From Candidatus Omnitrophota bacterium (GTDB lineage Bacteria; Omnitrophota; Gorgyraeia; Zapsychrales; Fredricksoniimonadaceae): a stretch of DNA of 64,000 nucleotides. Both the position numbers and the translations under genes were made by a program. Shown in pieces: positions 47,927 through 58,422 of the stretch. Positions within the stretch are counted from its first letter, which is position 1. Each line of letters begins with the position of its first letter. Under the pieces are notes generated by a model. The model was given only the letters and a program-made list of their open reading frames with translations, was not told the origin of the DNA and ran no database searches. The stretch is taken from assembly GCA_903901225.1 (NCBI GenBank), contig CAIUQE010000049.1, positions 5,003 to 69,002 of the forward strand. Direction: 5' to 3'.

Positions 47927-49417
47927 ATGCTAAAGATTGGTTTCTTTTGTCCTGGGTATGAGAGTTTGGGAATCGAGTTTCTTTCCGCCTCGTTATGCCG
48001 GCAAGGGTTTGATACGAAACTTTTTTTTGATCCTGTTTTGTTCTCTGAAAGCAACTTCATCGATCAAGCATGGTTAGCGCATTGTTTTTCATTTCGTTGC
48101 AAGATCCTTAAGGATTTGAAAGAATATTCTCCTGATATGGTTTGTTTCTCTGTTATCAGTGATAATTATCAATGGGCTTGCCGTTGGGCTAAGGATGTAA
48201 AGGCAGCAACAGGGGCGCGTATTATTTTCGGAGGGATACATCCCACATCAGTTCCGGAGAATGTTATTCATGAACAATATGTCGATTATATTTGTCTGGG
48301 GGAGGGGGATGGGGCTTTGGTTGAGTTAGCCCGTGCCATGGCTAATGGCGGCGACGATACCGGCATCCGGAATATATGGAAAAAACAGGGACATGAAATT
48401 TATCGGAATCCTTTGCGGCCGTTGGTCAGTGATCTGGATTCTTTGCCTTTTCCTGATAAGGGAATCTTTTATAAAGCGTATCCGATCTTTCGTGATGGAT
48501 ATTTAACAATTACCTCGCGGGGCTGTCCATATTCATGCGCGTATTGCTGTAATAATGTCTATCATGAATTGTATAAAAGCGACTCTTCATATTTTCGTCG
48601 AAGAAGTGTCGGGCATGTGATGGCGGAATTAGAATTGGCTAAGCAGTGCTATAACCCTCGTTATATTGCTTTCGCCGATGATTGTTTCAATCATCGTGGG
48701 CCGTGGTTGCAGGACTTTCTCCAGCACTACCGCCATAAGGTCGCACTGCCGTTTTCTTGTTATTTGTATCCCGACATGGTTGATGAAGATCAAGTGCGCC
48801 ATTTAAAGGAGGCCGGATGTTTCAAGGTGCAGATGGGGATGCAGGTTATTTCTCAGGAGAAGCGCAACCGCATTCTTGGCAGGCGCTCGTCACAGGATAA
48901 TATTGCCCGTGCCATCGATCTTTTTCGTCGCTATGATATTTTTGTTGTGTGTGATGCTATTTTTGGATTTCCGGATGAAACCGAAGATGAGCTGGCTCAG
49001 CTAGCTCGATTTTATATTGATCATCCACCGGACCATTGCGAGAACTTTTGGCTGCGTTATTATCCGGGGACCGAGATAACACGTTCGGCGCTGGCAAAGG
49101 GATATATTGATGAGCAGCGGTATGCCGCCATTGAGTCTGGAGCACTAAAGTTTGGTCTTTGCAAGCGTCCGGAACAGCCTGTTGGCACAACGTATGCATA
49201 TCAGATCAGGATGCTGTTGATGCTTTATCCGTTTTTTTCTTATAATATGAGGGAATGGTGGCTTGAAAAGAGGCGATATCGTTACATTCCAGTTATTTCT
49301 TCGATGTTAATGTATGTTTTTGTTCGTTTGTTGCATCATCCGCCGTTAGATTTGAATTCCCAGAGGACATGGCGACGGTATGTATATTTCATTAAACTGA
49401 AGTGTTTTGGCGTATGA
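47927..49417 (+). CDS. Cobalamin-dependent radical SAM protein
   Basis: B12-binding N-domain (GGIHPT, GEGD), SRGCPYSCAYC, DDCF, GFPDET. Confidence 0.9.
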   Translation: MLKIGFFCPGYESLGIEFLSASLCRQGFDTKLFFDPVLFSESNFIDQAWLAHCFSFRCKILKDLKEYSPDMVCFSVISDNYQWACRWAKDVKAATGARIIFGGIHPTSVPENVIHEQYVDYICLGEGDGALVELARAMANGGDDTGIRNIWKKQGHEIYRNPLRPLVSDLDSLPFPDKGIFYKAYPIFRDGYLTITSRGCPYSCAYCCNNVYHELYKSDSSYFRRRSVGHVMAELELAKQCYNPRYIAFADDCFNHRGPWLQDFLQHYRHKVALPFSCYLYPDMVDEDQVRHLKEAGCFKVQMGMQVISQEKRNRILGRRSSQDNIARAIDLFRRYDIFVVCDAIFGFPDETEDELAQLARFYIDHPPDHCENFWLRYYPGTEITRSALAKGYIDEQRYAAIESGALKFGLCKRPEQPVGTTYAYQIRMLLMLYPFFSYNMREWWLEKRRYRYIPVISSMLMYVFVRLLHHPPLDLNSQRTWRRYVYFIKLKCFGV

Positions 49418-49498
49418 AGGATTTATTGTCGTATTACTTGAATTGCAGGATAAACGGGCCGTTTTGTTCTAAACATGTATCGTTTGAAAGTGAGATCG

Positions 49499-50863
49499 AT
49501 GGCACGCGATAAAAAAATTGAAGTTGATTTGTTGATCCTGGGGGCGGGGTGGAGTGGACTGCTTGCTGCGTTATTATATTCAAGAGAAAAGAAAGGCAGT
49601 GTTCTAATCCTGGAAAAAGAAGCATTGTTTGGCGGTCTGGCGCAGACGATGGATATCCAGGGGTTCAAAGCCGATATCGGTGGGCATGCGCTTTTCTTCA
49701 AAAAAAAGGAGAATATTTCCTTTCTTAAGGAAATCATGCGCGAGGATATTTTGATTTTACGCACGAGAAAGGCCAGGATTTATATCGAAGGGAAGTATCT
49801 TCATTACCCTCCTAATCTTGATTTTGTTTGGAAATTCAACAAGAAATATTTATTGGGCATCTTGTTTGATTTGTTTAGGTTTAGATCAGGCAAGAAAATA
49901 TCAAATTTTGAGGATTGGGTCAAATTTCATTACGGTGAGACGCTTTACAGACTAGTATTTAAGGAATATTCTCAGAAAGTTTGGGGCCAGCATTGCGCCG
50001 GGCTGTCTTATTCCTGGGCTGAAAACCGCATAGGCAAGGATGGTTTGCTTAATTTCTTTTTGAATTATTTTTTTAAAAAGAGTACCGTAAAAGAAAGAGA
50101 TAAATGCTTTTATTATCCCCAGCTCGGGATAGGTTCGCTGGTTACGGCTTTGCAATCACGCTTGAGCTGTGATGTACAAATGACGACAGGTGTCAGTCTG
50201 GTCGGCTTTTCCATGGATGGCGCTCGGCTTTCTTCCCTGCGATATCTTTCGGAGGGTAATACGCACGAAGTTAACTTTAAGGAGATCATCTCAACGATTC
50301 CATTAACTGAGCTGGTGCCGGCTATTCCTGATATTCCTTCGGTCATTGTTGAAGAAGCAAAAAATGGAATAAGGTATCGGAGTTTGATCATGGTTTATCT
50401 TATTATCGACAAGCCTATTGTTTCTGACTGGTCCTGGTGCTATTTTCCGTCCGAAAAGTTTATATTTTCTCGAATTCATGAGCCAAAGCTTTGGAGTGAA
50501 TCTTTGGCTCCGGAAGGAAAAACGCTATTAAGCGTCGAAATATTTTGTGATCATATGGATAGTCGTTGGAATATGGATGACGCGTTGATCATTGGGAAAG
50601 TGAAGGATGCCCTGAAAGTAGTCGGATTGCTGAGCGTTGAAGACAGCTTTGTTCATGCACAGATCATGAGAGTCAAATATGCCTACCCTTTGCTATATAG
50701 TGGGTTTGAAGTACCGCTTTCCCGTGTGAAGGATTGGTTGAACAATTATATCAATTTGCATCTGGCGGGAAGAAACGGGACGTCTTCGTATTTTGACATG
50801 GAAGATTGTCTTGACGATGTCAAGAAGGTAGTGCGCCGGTTAATTGATAAGGGGGCTAATTAA
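49499..50863 (+). CDS. FAD-dependent oxidoreductase (protoporphyrinogen oxidase/UDP-galactopyranose mutase-like)
   Basis: ILGAGWSGL, LEKE..GGL, DIGGH, YS.KVWG, FYYP..G, AYP, GRNG..Y.DM. Confidence 0.85.
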   Translation: MARDKKIEVDLLILGAGWSGLLAALLYSREKKGSVLILEKEALFGGLAQTMDIQGFKADIGGHALFFKKKENISFLKEIMREDILILRTRKARIYIEGKYLHYPPNLDFVWKFNKKYLLGILFDLFRFRSGKKISNFEDWVKFHYGETLYRLVFKEYSQKVWGQHCAGLSYSWAENRIGKDGLLNFFLNYFFKKSTVKERDKCFYYPQLGIGSLVTALQSRLSCDVQMTTGVSLVGFSMDGARLSSLRYLSEGNTHEVNFKEIISTIPLTELVPAIPDIPSVIVEEAKNGIRYRSLIMVYLIIDKPIVSDWSWCYFPSEKFIFSRIHEPKLWSESLAPEGKTLLSVEIFCDHMDSRWNMDDALIIGKVKDALKVVGLLSVEDSFVHAQIMRVKYAYPLLYSGFEVPLSRVKDWLNNYINLHLAGRNGTSSYFDMEDCLDDVKKVVRRLIDKGAN

Positions 50864-52141
50864 ATGATCAGAGGCAGCATGAGAAGAATATTTGTTTTTT
50901 TTATTGGAATAATCACGGCGTTGTTCTTGTTGGAGGTTGGCACAAGACTTTTTGGTCATATTTACCAGATGAATCGCAGTATTTCCGTTCGCCCGTTGCT
51001 GCAAGGCCAGTCCAAGCCTTTTATTATTTTATGTTTAGGGAATTCTTATACTGCTGGCGATGGTGCGCTTCCTCACATGAGCTATCCGGCACAGTTAGAG
51101 CGCATGTTTGCGTCGCGAATAAAGGATAAAGATGTTTTGGTTATTAACGAAGGAGTCGGGAATCAGAATACGGCTGAATTACTAAGGGCCTTGAAGTCAA
51201 ATATTAAGACATACCACCCTGAACTTATCATTCTTCAAACGGGTCAACCCAATAGTTGGAATTATTTGAAATATACCGACTACTTAAGAAGAGGCAAGAA
51301 GGACGTAACTTTTCTTGAACAGCTTAGTTATTATTTGAGTGAATTCTTGCATGAGAGCGTCAGCTACAGGCTTTATAGTTTGTTTCGTTATAATGGAGCC
51401 CATGACTTTCTCTCTTTCACTTCGGGGTTTGAGAATGAAAAAAAGTATCAGAAATTCGTAAAATTCAGAAAGGAAAGGGAAAACGCTGGAAACTACGCGG
51501 CTGTGGATCACGCGCAGATGGTTGAAGCTTTGGATTTATTTATGAAAGCGATAAAAGCCCACCCGGGGCATCCGCAAAATTATTTTGAAGTAGCGTTCCT
51601 TTATAGAATTCAGAATAATTATAAGGAAGCGGTGAAATGGTATTTGAAAGCATATGATGTTGCCTTGGCGAGTGACTGGCGTCCGATGTTATTTCAAGCA
51701 TCTAAACGTATCAGAGACATTCGCTATATGGATAAAGGTTTGCAAATAAATAAAGAAATCAATGAATTTGTATCTTTAAAACCAAATCAAAGAATTAATT
51801 TTATTGGTTTAGAAGAGTCGGATGTTTCTGAATGGGTGATGTCGGATATTAAAGAAGTTGTCAGGATTATTCAACATGAAAAGATCGTGTTAATTATACA
51901 AAATTATCCCAGAGCCTTCCCTGTTAATGTGGTTTTGTCAACAATAGCCAAGGACTTAAAGTTGCCTTTTGTGGATAATTATGACATTTTTAATGGAAAA
52001 ATAGCTCAAGGGATTGCTGAAGAAGAATTGTTCGTTCCCGATAATCATTGTAGTGCCAAAGGTTATGGGGTGATAGCAGAAAATTTGTTTAATAAAATTA
52101 TGGAAGAGGGATTTCTTAAAGTGGTTGATAAAAAACGATGA
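50864..52141 (+). CDS. SGNH hydrolase-like protein with inserted TPR segment
   Basis: TM anchor, CLGNSYT, NEGVG, QTGQPN, TPR-like helices, PDNHC. Confidence 0.75.
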   Translation: MIRGSMRRIFVFFIGIITALFLLEVGTRLFGHIYQMNRSISVRPLLQGQSKPFIILCLGNSYTAGDGALPHMSYPAQLERMFASRIKDKDVLVINEGVGNQNTAELLRALKSNIKTYHPELIILQTGQPNSWNYLKYTDYLRRGKKDVTFLEQLSYYLSEFLHESVSYRLYSLFRYNGAHDFLSFTSGFENEKKYQKFVKFRKERENAGNYAAVDHAQMVEALDLFMKAIKAHPGHPQNYFEVAFLYRIQNNYKEAVKWYLKAYDVALASDWRPMLFQASKRIRDIRYMDKGLQINKEINEFVSLKPNQRINFIGLEESDVSEWVMSDIKEVVRIIQHEKIVLIIQNYPRAFPVNVVLSTIAKDLKLPFVDNYDIFNGKIAQGIAEEELFVPDNHCSAKGYGVIAENLFNKIMEEGFLKVVDKKR

Positions 52142-52188
52142 TGCCTAAGAATTAATGGTGGCGGATTAATACAGCGATGCCGTAGTGT

Positions 52189-52986
52189 ATGAAGAATTAT
52201 CTGACATTTGATTGGGAAGAATGGAGTGATACAGCTTCGATGGAGGGATGGAATTCTTCTGCCACATCAGTGAAGATACTGCAATCTGCCACAGAGCGTA
52301 TTCTGGAGATGATAAGGCCTCTTTCGGCAACTTTTTTTGTACTGGCGACCCGCGTAAAAGAGCATGTTGCTTTGATCAGACGAATATCTAAAGATGGACA
52401 TGAGATTGCCCTGCATGGGCTTGAGCATGTGCCGATGTCGCGGTATTCCCCGGTTAGATTCAGAGAAGATATTTTGACCGCGAAAAATATCGTAGAAGAT
52501 ATTACAGGTGTGCCGGTGATCGGTTTTAGAGCGCCTAATTTTTCAATGACCGTTCAACATCGATGGGCATTGGATATCCTTTTCTCGTGTGGGTTTAAGT
52601 ATGACTCGAGTATGTCGTTGCGTGTTTTTCGTGATTATTCGCGCAGGGGTTGTCTGCCGATACGGGAGGTTCCCAGGTCCGGTGTTGGGCCTGGAATGCT
52701 GCCATTGCCTTTCGGTGGCGGCGTTTTTTTGAGGATATATCCGTATGCCTGGACGCGTTCCTGGATTCGTCAGGCAAACGCATGTGGCGAACGCTCAATG
52801 GTTTATGTTCATCCCTGGGAATTAGATGCTTCATGGATGAAAGTGCATCGGCTTCCCTGGCGTGCACGAGCTTTGATGGGATCCGGGGTCGCCGCAGCGA
52901 AAGAAAGGCTTTCTAGGCTTTTGAAAGACTTTTTGTTTGGCAGTATTAGAGATATTCTCGATGATGAAAAGGTCAATGATAGATGA
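52189..52986 (+). CDS. Polysaccharide deacetylase (DUF3473-type)
   Basis: TFDWEEW, ATFFVL, HEIALHG..H, GFRAP.FS, YDSS, GGG.FLR, YVHPWELD. Confidence 0.9.
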   Translation: MKNYLTFDWEEWSDTASMEGWNSSATSVKILQSATERILEMIRPLSATFFVLATRVKEHVALIRRISKDGHEIALHGLEHVPMSRYSPVRFREDILTAKNIVEDITGVPVIGFRAPNFSMTVQHRWALDILFSCGFKYDSSMSLRVFRDYSRRGCLPIREVPRSGVGPGMLPLPFGGGVFLRIYPYAWTRSWIRQANACGERSMVYVHPWELDASWMKVHRLPWRARALMGSGVAAAKERLSRLLKDFLFGSIRDILDDEKVNDR

Positions 52987-53858
52987 CAGGCAGGTTATCC
53001 TCCAGTGAACCCTCATTTACTATCATTATCCCCGTGTTTAACGAAGAGAGATCGGTGCGTTTGGTTGTTGATCAGGTGTGCAGTTATTATCCGCAGGCGG
53101 AGTTGATTGTGGTTGATGACGGCTCGACGGATGCAACAGCGTCCATGCTTGAAGATACGTCTGTCCGTGTCTTAAGGCATGAATATAATCGTGGATACGG
53201 CGCGGCCCTTAAAACAGGGATTGCTGCGGCAATGCGCGAGGTCATTGTGACCATTGATGCTGACGGGGAGCATATGCCGGAGGATATCGGTATTTTGATC
53301 GGGGCTCTGCCTGGTGTCGATATGGCTGTCGGTTCGCGGAGGGGGGGGGGATTTCCCGGGATGATAAAAGTTTTAGGCCGAATGGTTTTTGTTTGGATTT
53401 CATGTTTTTTGGCATCGGCCAGGATACCAGATATTAATTCGGGACTTCGGGCTTTCAGGAAGAAGTCCGTGATGAAATATTTGCATATGTTTCCGGACTC
53501 TTTTTCTTTTCACACGACAAGTACAATGGCGATCCTTTTTTCCGGCGGATGTATTAAATATATTCCTGTAAATATTTGCCCAAGGATTGGTGTGAGTAAA
53601 GTCCGCCTTCGTGATGGGTTGATCAGCCTGAGGTATGTGATCATGTTGGCCGCTAAATTTCGCCCGTTCCGGGTATGGACGGGTATTTGGGGGGTGCTGA
53701 TCGTTATCCTTTGTGGCATTTTGATCGTGGTGTCATTGCCCAACATGATCAAGGTCCTAGTAATGATTGGGCTGATTAGCACAGGTGTGATTTCCGAACG
53801 ATTATCTCAAGACAAGAAAATGACGGAAAAGATTCTCAAGGTGAACAAGTTTGTCTAA
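52983..53858 (+). CDS. GT2 glycosyltransferase
   Basis: IIPVFNE, VDDGSTD, NRGYGAALK, DADGEH, DINSGLR, RIGVSK; contains a G10 tract. Confidence 0.9.
   Translation: MTGRLSSSEPSFTIIIPVFNEERSVRLVVDQVCSYYPQAELIVVDDGSTDATASMLEDTSVRVLRHEYNRGYGAALKTGIAAAMREVIVTIDADGEHMPEDIGILIGALPGVDMAVGSRRGGGFPGMIKVLGRMVFVWISCFLASARIPDINSGLRAFRKKSVMKYLHMFPDSFSFHTTSTMAILFSGGCIKYIPVNICPRIGVSKVRLRDGLISLRYVIMLAAKFRPFRVWTGIWGVLIVILCGILIVVSLPNMIKVLVMIGLISTGVISERLSQDKKMTEKILKVNKFV
53341..53350 (+). repeat. Poly-G homopolymer (G10) in GT2 coding sequence
   Basis: Ten consecutive G, currently in frame (SRRGGGF). Confidence 0.9.
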
Positions 53859-55242
53859 AGTCCTCCTATTAAATCCGCCCAATGACTTGCTCTGTATGCG
53901 GGATTACTTCTGCAGCAAGATCTCAAAAGGGGCGCATTGTTACCATCCGGTAGATTTTGTTGTGCTGAGCGGGATCCTTTCGGCGCAACATCAACTTTCT
54001 CTTGTTGATGCAGTTATCGAACGGCTTGATTTTAAAGGGGCTTTGGATGCTGTTCGGCGCTGTAATCCGGATGTTATTATTTTTCTGACTGGAGTTGTAT
54101 CTTTTGAAGACGATGGTCCATTCTTATCTGAAGTTGCACGCTTGACGAATGCCCGCATGATAGGTCTCGGGGATGTTTTTTTGGAGTCGCCAGAAAAGAT
54201 ATTTGATCTTTGGCATTGGCTCGATGCCGTATTGCTGGATTTCACCACCGATGATGTTTTACGGTTGGTGGCTGATCAGTTGCAGGCGACGAAAAATGCT
54301 ATCGTACGGATGGGGGATGGACGGGTGGTTTCATTTCCCATAGTTCATGAGAAAGGTGATTGGGCGTTGATGACGCCTCTGCATGAGCTTTTTTTATCGT
54401 TAAATTATTCATTTCCTTTTTCTCGACGAAATAAGTTTGCTACGGTTTTGACAAATTTTGGATGTCCGTACGCGTGCGACTATTGTACGGTAAGCCGATT
54501 TGCATACAAGGAAAGAGCTGTTGAAGATTTGCAACTTGAATTTAATAAGTTGCAGGACTTGGGTATTAAAGAGATTTTTTTCAAGGATCAGGCCTTTGGA
54601 ACAGAACGAAAAAGGATTCTTAAGATTTGTGATGAACTTTCTAATCGCAATGTCCCTTTCGGGTGGACATGTTTTCTAAGACCGGAATTAGCAGATCCAA
54701 TAATTCTCGAAAAGATGGCTTTGGCGGGATGTCACACAATTATTTTTGGTGTTGAGAGTGGCGACGAAGTTGTTAGGAGTATCTACCGCAGAGAATACAC
54801 GGATCGGTTGCTGAAAGATATTTTTTCCCTGTGTCGACACTTTGGGATCGAAACCGTTGCGACATTTATGATGGGGTTGCCCGGGGAAACACGCACATCA
54901 CTTGAGAAAACAATCCGTTTGGCAAAGGCACTGGAATGTGACTATGCCTCCTTTAATGTTTTTGTTCCAGCTTACGGGACTTCGTTGCGTAGGAGGTTGA
55001 TCGCAGACGGGATAATACCGGGTGGTTTTATGTTTATGGATAGCGGGGTCAGTCGGCCATGTTTTTCAACAGATTCCTTGAATGCTGATGTCGTTTGGAG
55101 CATGCGCAACAAGGCATTAGCTGAGTTTTATGCACGGCCATCTTTTTTGATAAAAATGATATTAAAAGCGGGAAGTTTTTCAAGGTTGTTGTGCCATTTA
55201 AAAGAAGGTTGGGCGATTATGATGTCAAGGGGAAGCATATGA
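53851..55242 (+). CDS. Cobalamin-binding-type radical SAM protein (HpnJ-like N-terminus)
   Basis: LLNPP, GCPYACDYC, FGVESG, FMMGLPGET, PAYGT. Confidence 0.85.
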   Translation: MSKVLLLNPPNDLLCMRDYFCSKISKGAHCYHPVDFVVLSGILSAQHQLSLVDAVIERLDFKGALDAVRRCNPDVIIFLTGVVSFEDDGPFLSEVARLTNARMIGLGDVFLESPEKIFDLWHWLDAVLLDFTTDDVLRLVADQLQATKNAIVRMGDGRVVSFPIVHEKGDWALMTPLHELFLSLNYSFPFSRRNKFATVLTNFGCPYACDYCTVSRFAYKERAVEDLQLEFNKLQDLGIKEIFFKDQAFGTERKRILKICDELSNRNVPFGWTCFLRPELADPIILEKMALAGCHTIIFGVESGDEVVRSIYRREYTDRLLKDIFSLCRHFGIETVATFMMGLPGETRTSLEKTIRLAKALECDYASFNVFVPAYGTSLRRRLIADGIIPGGFMFMDSGVSRPCFSTDSLNADVVWSMRNKALAEFYARPSFLIKMILKAGSFSRLLCHLKEGWAIMMSRGSI

Positions 55243-56855
55243 GTAGGAAGTCAAATGGGATGGCATCGTTTGTTTTTGTTTGTGCCATTGTGCTTTTCTC
55301 AGTTTTTATTGTTTTTTATTGTCAATCCGCTGGCTTGGGAAATCCTTACGCGGTCAATGATGATGCGCGGCAGTATTTGTTCCCGTTTTTTAGTTGGTCG
55401 GATCCAAGCCTTTTTCAAGCTGACCTGATAGCTAATTATGCCTCGTCGGTTACCCCTTTGGGAGTAAAGGCCGTTTATTGGGGCTTTCTACCCTGGTTGG
55501 ACGTTGTTAGTATTTCCAAGGTTCTGCCGTTTCTCCTGTGTCCCTTAACAGCCGTTTTTTTGTTTCTGACGGGACGGCGGATATGGTCGGCAACAGCGGG
55601 GACGTTTACCGCTGTATGTCTGGTGCTTTATGCGTGGCATATCACCTGTTTCTCCGGCGGATTCCCGCGCGCCTTCGGATTTCCTTTGTGCGCACTTTTT
55701 ATGTACCTGTGTGCATCCAGGAGGTGGTTTTACGCAGGTGTTGTGTGCCTCTCCCAGGCGTTTTTTTATCCGCCGTTGGCTTTGGTGTGCGGCAGTGTTG
55801 TGATCATATGGCGTGTTGCTGAAGAAAAAGAATGTGTAAATTGGGTTAAGGTGTGGATGGTGCTTGTCGTTATGATGTTGGGGTTGGTGGCCGTGGTATT
55901 GACCAGCCGTGTTTATGGCAGTCCATGGTTTGGGAAGATGTACACATGGACTGAGATGCGGCATATGCCGGAGTTCTTTCTTGATGGCCGGACGCCGATC
56001 TTCGTTGACAATTGGCATCGACTGACAACAGATCTTACGATCCAGGAACGTGTGTGGGGTATCGATGCGGCGTCACCGCTATCTGGTTTGATGGCTGTTC
56101 TTTCTGTGATCGGCGTTTACTTGTTCTATCGCGGGGTATTAAAGATGCCGGCGTTCATCATGGCAGGTTTCATGGCTGCCGTGGCGTGGTATTTTTTGGC
56201 CTGGTTTCTTTTGCTGGATCTTTTTTTACCTGGGCGAATTCTGAAATTTGTTTTACCAGTGATGTTGGCCCTTGTTTCAGGGGCAGTATGGTCTTGGATG
56301 GCCCAACAGTTTAATCGTCTGGGGGCGGTGTTTTTCCATTTGGCGACAGCATATTTACTTTTTTCATTTTCCTGGCCGTTATTGCTGCCGCAAGTCTATG
56401 ATTACTCTGAGAATAAGGATCTTTACGCGTTTCTTTCTACATTGCCAAAAGATGCAGTGATCGCGGGACATCCTCGTGAAATGGATGGCGTTCCCTTGTT
56501 CTCTAAAAGGAGAGCGTATGTTATTGAAGAACTGTCGTTACCGTTCAACCGTTCTTATTACAAGGAGATTCAAAGACGGACGGTAGCGGTATTTTTGATC
56601 TATTACGCAACCAACAAGGTTCAGCTAAAAGAGGCTTGCGCTCGGGAGCATATCCGCTTCATTGTGATCAGGTCAGCGGATTTTGAAAAAGCTTATTTAA
56701 ATCGCGGTGTGTTTTATTTGGAGCCTTATAATGCAATCATTAAGAATCTGATTGCGCGGGAACATGGACAAGGATTTGTGCTTGAGAGCGTTAGAGACAA
56801 GGCAGTTGTCTTTAAATCGAAGGATGTTCGTGTTATTGATGTCAGTATGATGTAA
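55239..56855 (+). CDS. Polytopic membrane protein, probable GT-C fold glycosyltransferase
   Basis: NDD motif after the first TM, DPSLF..D, ~11 TM helices, soluble C-terminal domain; ATG 55239. Confidence 0.6.
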   Translation: MSRKSNGMASFVFVCAIVLFSVFIVFYCQSAGLGNPYAVNDDARQYLFPFFSWSDPSLFQADLIANYASSVTPLGVKAVYWGFLPWLDVVSISKVLPFLLCPLTAVFLFLTGRRIWSATAGTFTAVCLVLYAWHITCFSGGFPRAFGFPLCALFMYLCASRRWFYAGVVCLSQAFFYPPLALVCGSVVIIWRVAEEKECVNWVKVWMVLVVMMLGLVAVVLTSRVYGSPWFGKMYTWTEMRHMPEFFLDGRTPIFVDNWHRLTTDLTIQERVWGIDAASPLSGLMAVLSVIGVYLFYRGVLKMPAFIMAGFMAAVAWYFLAWFLLLDLFLPGRILKFVLPVMLALVSGAVWSWMAQQFNRLGAVFFHLATAYLLFSFSWPLLLPQVYDYSENKDLYAFLSTLPKDAVIAGHPREMDGVPLFSKRRAYVIEELSLPFNRSYYKEIQRRTVAVFLIYYATNKVQLKEACAREHIRFIVIRSADFEKAYLNRGVFYLEPYNAIIKNLIAREHGQGFVLESVRDKAVVFKSKDVRVIDVSMM

Positions 56856-56919
56856 TGTAAAAAACTCATTATTACCCATAAAAAGCATATAATTTTTTAT
56901 ACTTTAGAGGTGATGAAAC

Positions 56920-58038
56920 ATGCGGTTAATTGCTTGTACGTTCGGTTGCTTGACAACCAGCATTAAAAAACTATTCCTGCTTTATAGACTGGGATTAGCC
57001 AGGATGACGTTTTTGAAATTGTTTCGTGTGATCGTGTACGTGTATCGGACAAAGATCCTAAGAGTAGAATGTCCCGGAGCTATTATCATAGGTCTTACAT
57101 ACCGCTGTCAATGTAAGTGCGTCCATTGTTCTGTCGGTCTTTATTCTGTTGAACCTGAGCATGAAATGAGCGTTGATAAAATAAAATCATTGTTGAATCA
57201 GATTGTGAAACTTAACATCCCTAAAGTTAATTTCTTTGGCGGTGAACCGCTGCTTCGAGGAAGAGATTTAGTGGCGCTTGTTCAATATGGGAACGATTTA
57301 GGTCTGCATATTTCCGTAGACACTAATGGAATTGCATTGGCAGAGGGATTTTCCAGAGAATTAAAGGAGGCAGGGATAAACAATATAAATATAAGTGTTG
57401 ATAGTGCGGACAGGAATATTCATGACAATTTAAGGGGTTTTGAGGGGGCCTTTGACAGCGCGATGACAGCGATAAAGAATTGCCTTAATGAAAGAATTCC
57501 CTGTGTAATTTCAACATATGCTTCTAAAAGAGCCATATATTCCGGAGATTTGAACGAGATAATAACTTTGGGCAGAAGAATGAAAGTATCTGCCGTTAAA
57601 ATATTGCTTCCTATCATGTCCGGCAGATGGGCGCATAGTGAGTGTGAACGATTGAGCCAGGAAGAAAGGAAGAAAGTGAATGACATGCTTGACCCAGGAT
57701 TTGTGTATTTGGAAAGTCCTTTGTTTAGTGTGAAGTCGGACAAGAAAATATGTGAAGCTTTGGATAAGAAAATGGTTTATATTTCGCCCCATGGGGATGT
57801 CCAGGCTTGTTACGCCGTTCCATTTTCCTTTGGTAATATCAATAATGAAGCTCTTCATGCAATACTGGCAAGAATGTGGTCTAGTGAATTCTTTTGTAAA
57901 ATTGGCAATGATCACGAATGTGTTATGAATAATCCGCATTTCAGGAAAATCGTAGGGCCTGAATTGGATAAAGCCTCCGGCTTTCCTATAAATTATCAAA
58001 AGATAGATACGGCCTGCCAGGGTTGTACCAAAATTTAG
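56920..58038 (+). CDS. Radical SAM protein with SPASM/Twitch-type C-terminus
   Basis: LTYRCQCKCVHC, GGEPLL, TNG, ISVDS..HD.LRG, C..YISPHGDV.AC. Confidence 0.88.
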   Translation: MRLIACTFGCLTTSIKKLFLLYRLGLARMTFLKLFRVIVYVYRTKILRVECPGAIIIGLTYRCQCKCVHCSVGLYSVEPEHEMSVDKIKSLLNQIVKLNIPKVNFFGGEPLLRGRDLVALVQYGNDLGLHISVDTNGIALAEGFSRELKEAGINNINISVDSADRNIHDNLRGFEGAFDSAMTAIKNCLNERIPCVISTYASKRAIYSGDLNEIITLGRRMKVSAVKILLPIMSGRWAHSECERLSQEERKKVNDMLDPGFVYLESPLFSVKSDKKICEALDKKMVYISPHGDVQACYAVPFSFGNINNEALHAILARMWSSEFFCKIGNDHECVMNNPHFRKIVGPELDKASGFPINYQKIDTACQGCTKI

Positions 58039-58049
58039 ATCAAAGGTTT

Positions 58050-58290
58050 GTGGCACACGTTTTGTATATTAATCCTGGGGCAGAATGTTTGGGAGTTGAA
58101 TATTTTACGGCAGTTCTCAAGAAAGAAGCCGTAAGGTGACAATTCTTTTGGATGCTGATTTTTAGTCATTCGTTTATGTATAGGCGTGGCGTCAGGATAA
58201 TGCGTTATTGCTGGCTAATACGGCTATTTAAGAGAAGTCGGATCTTATTTGTTACCCCTTCTTGTCTGACCATTGTGGTTGGTCATCTTC
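58050..58290 (+). pseudogene. Frameshifted fragment of a cobalamin-dependent radical SAM gene
   Basis: GTG..HVLYINPGAECLGVEYFTAVLKKE, then in shifted frames KVTILLDADF and SDLICYPFLSDHCGW, matching the N-termini of 47927 and 62176. Confidence 0.7.
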
Positions 58291-58422
58291 CGACATTGTG
58301 GACACAATGAGTCGATTTGCTTTTGCATAAAATGAAGAATTAAAAAGAAACGGGAATTATTGTTTTTTGCGCAAAGTGAAATATTAACCGCAGTGTATGA
58401 AATGAAAAATTACTAAAATTTT

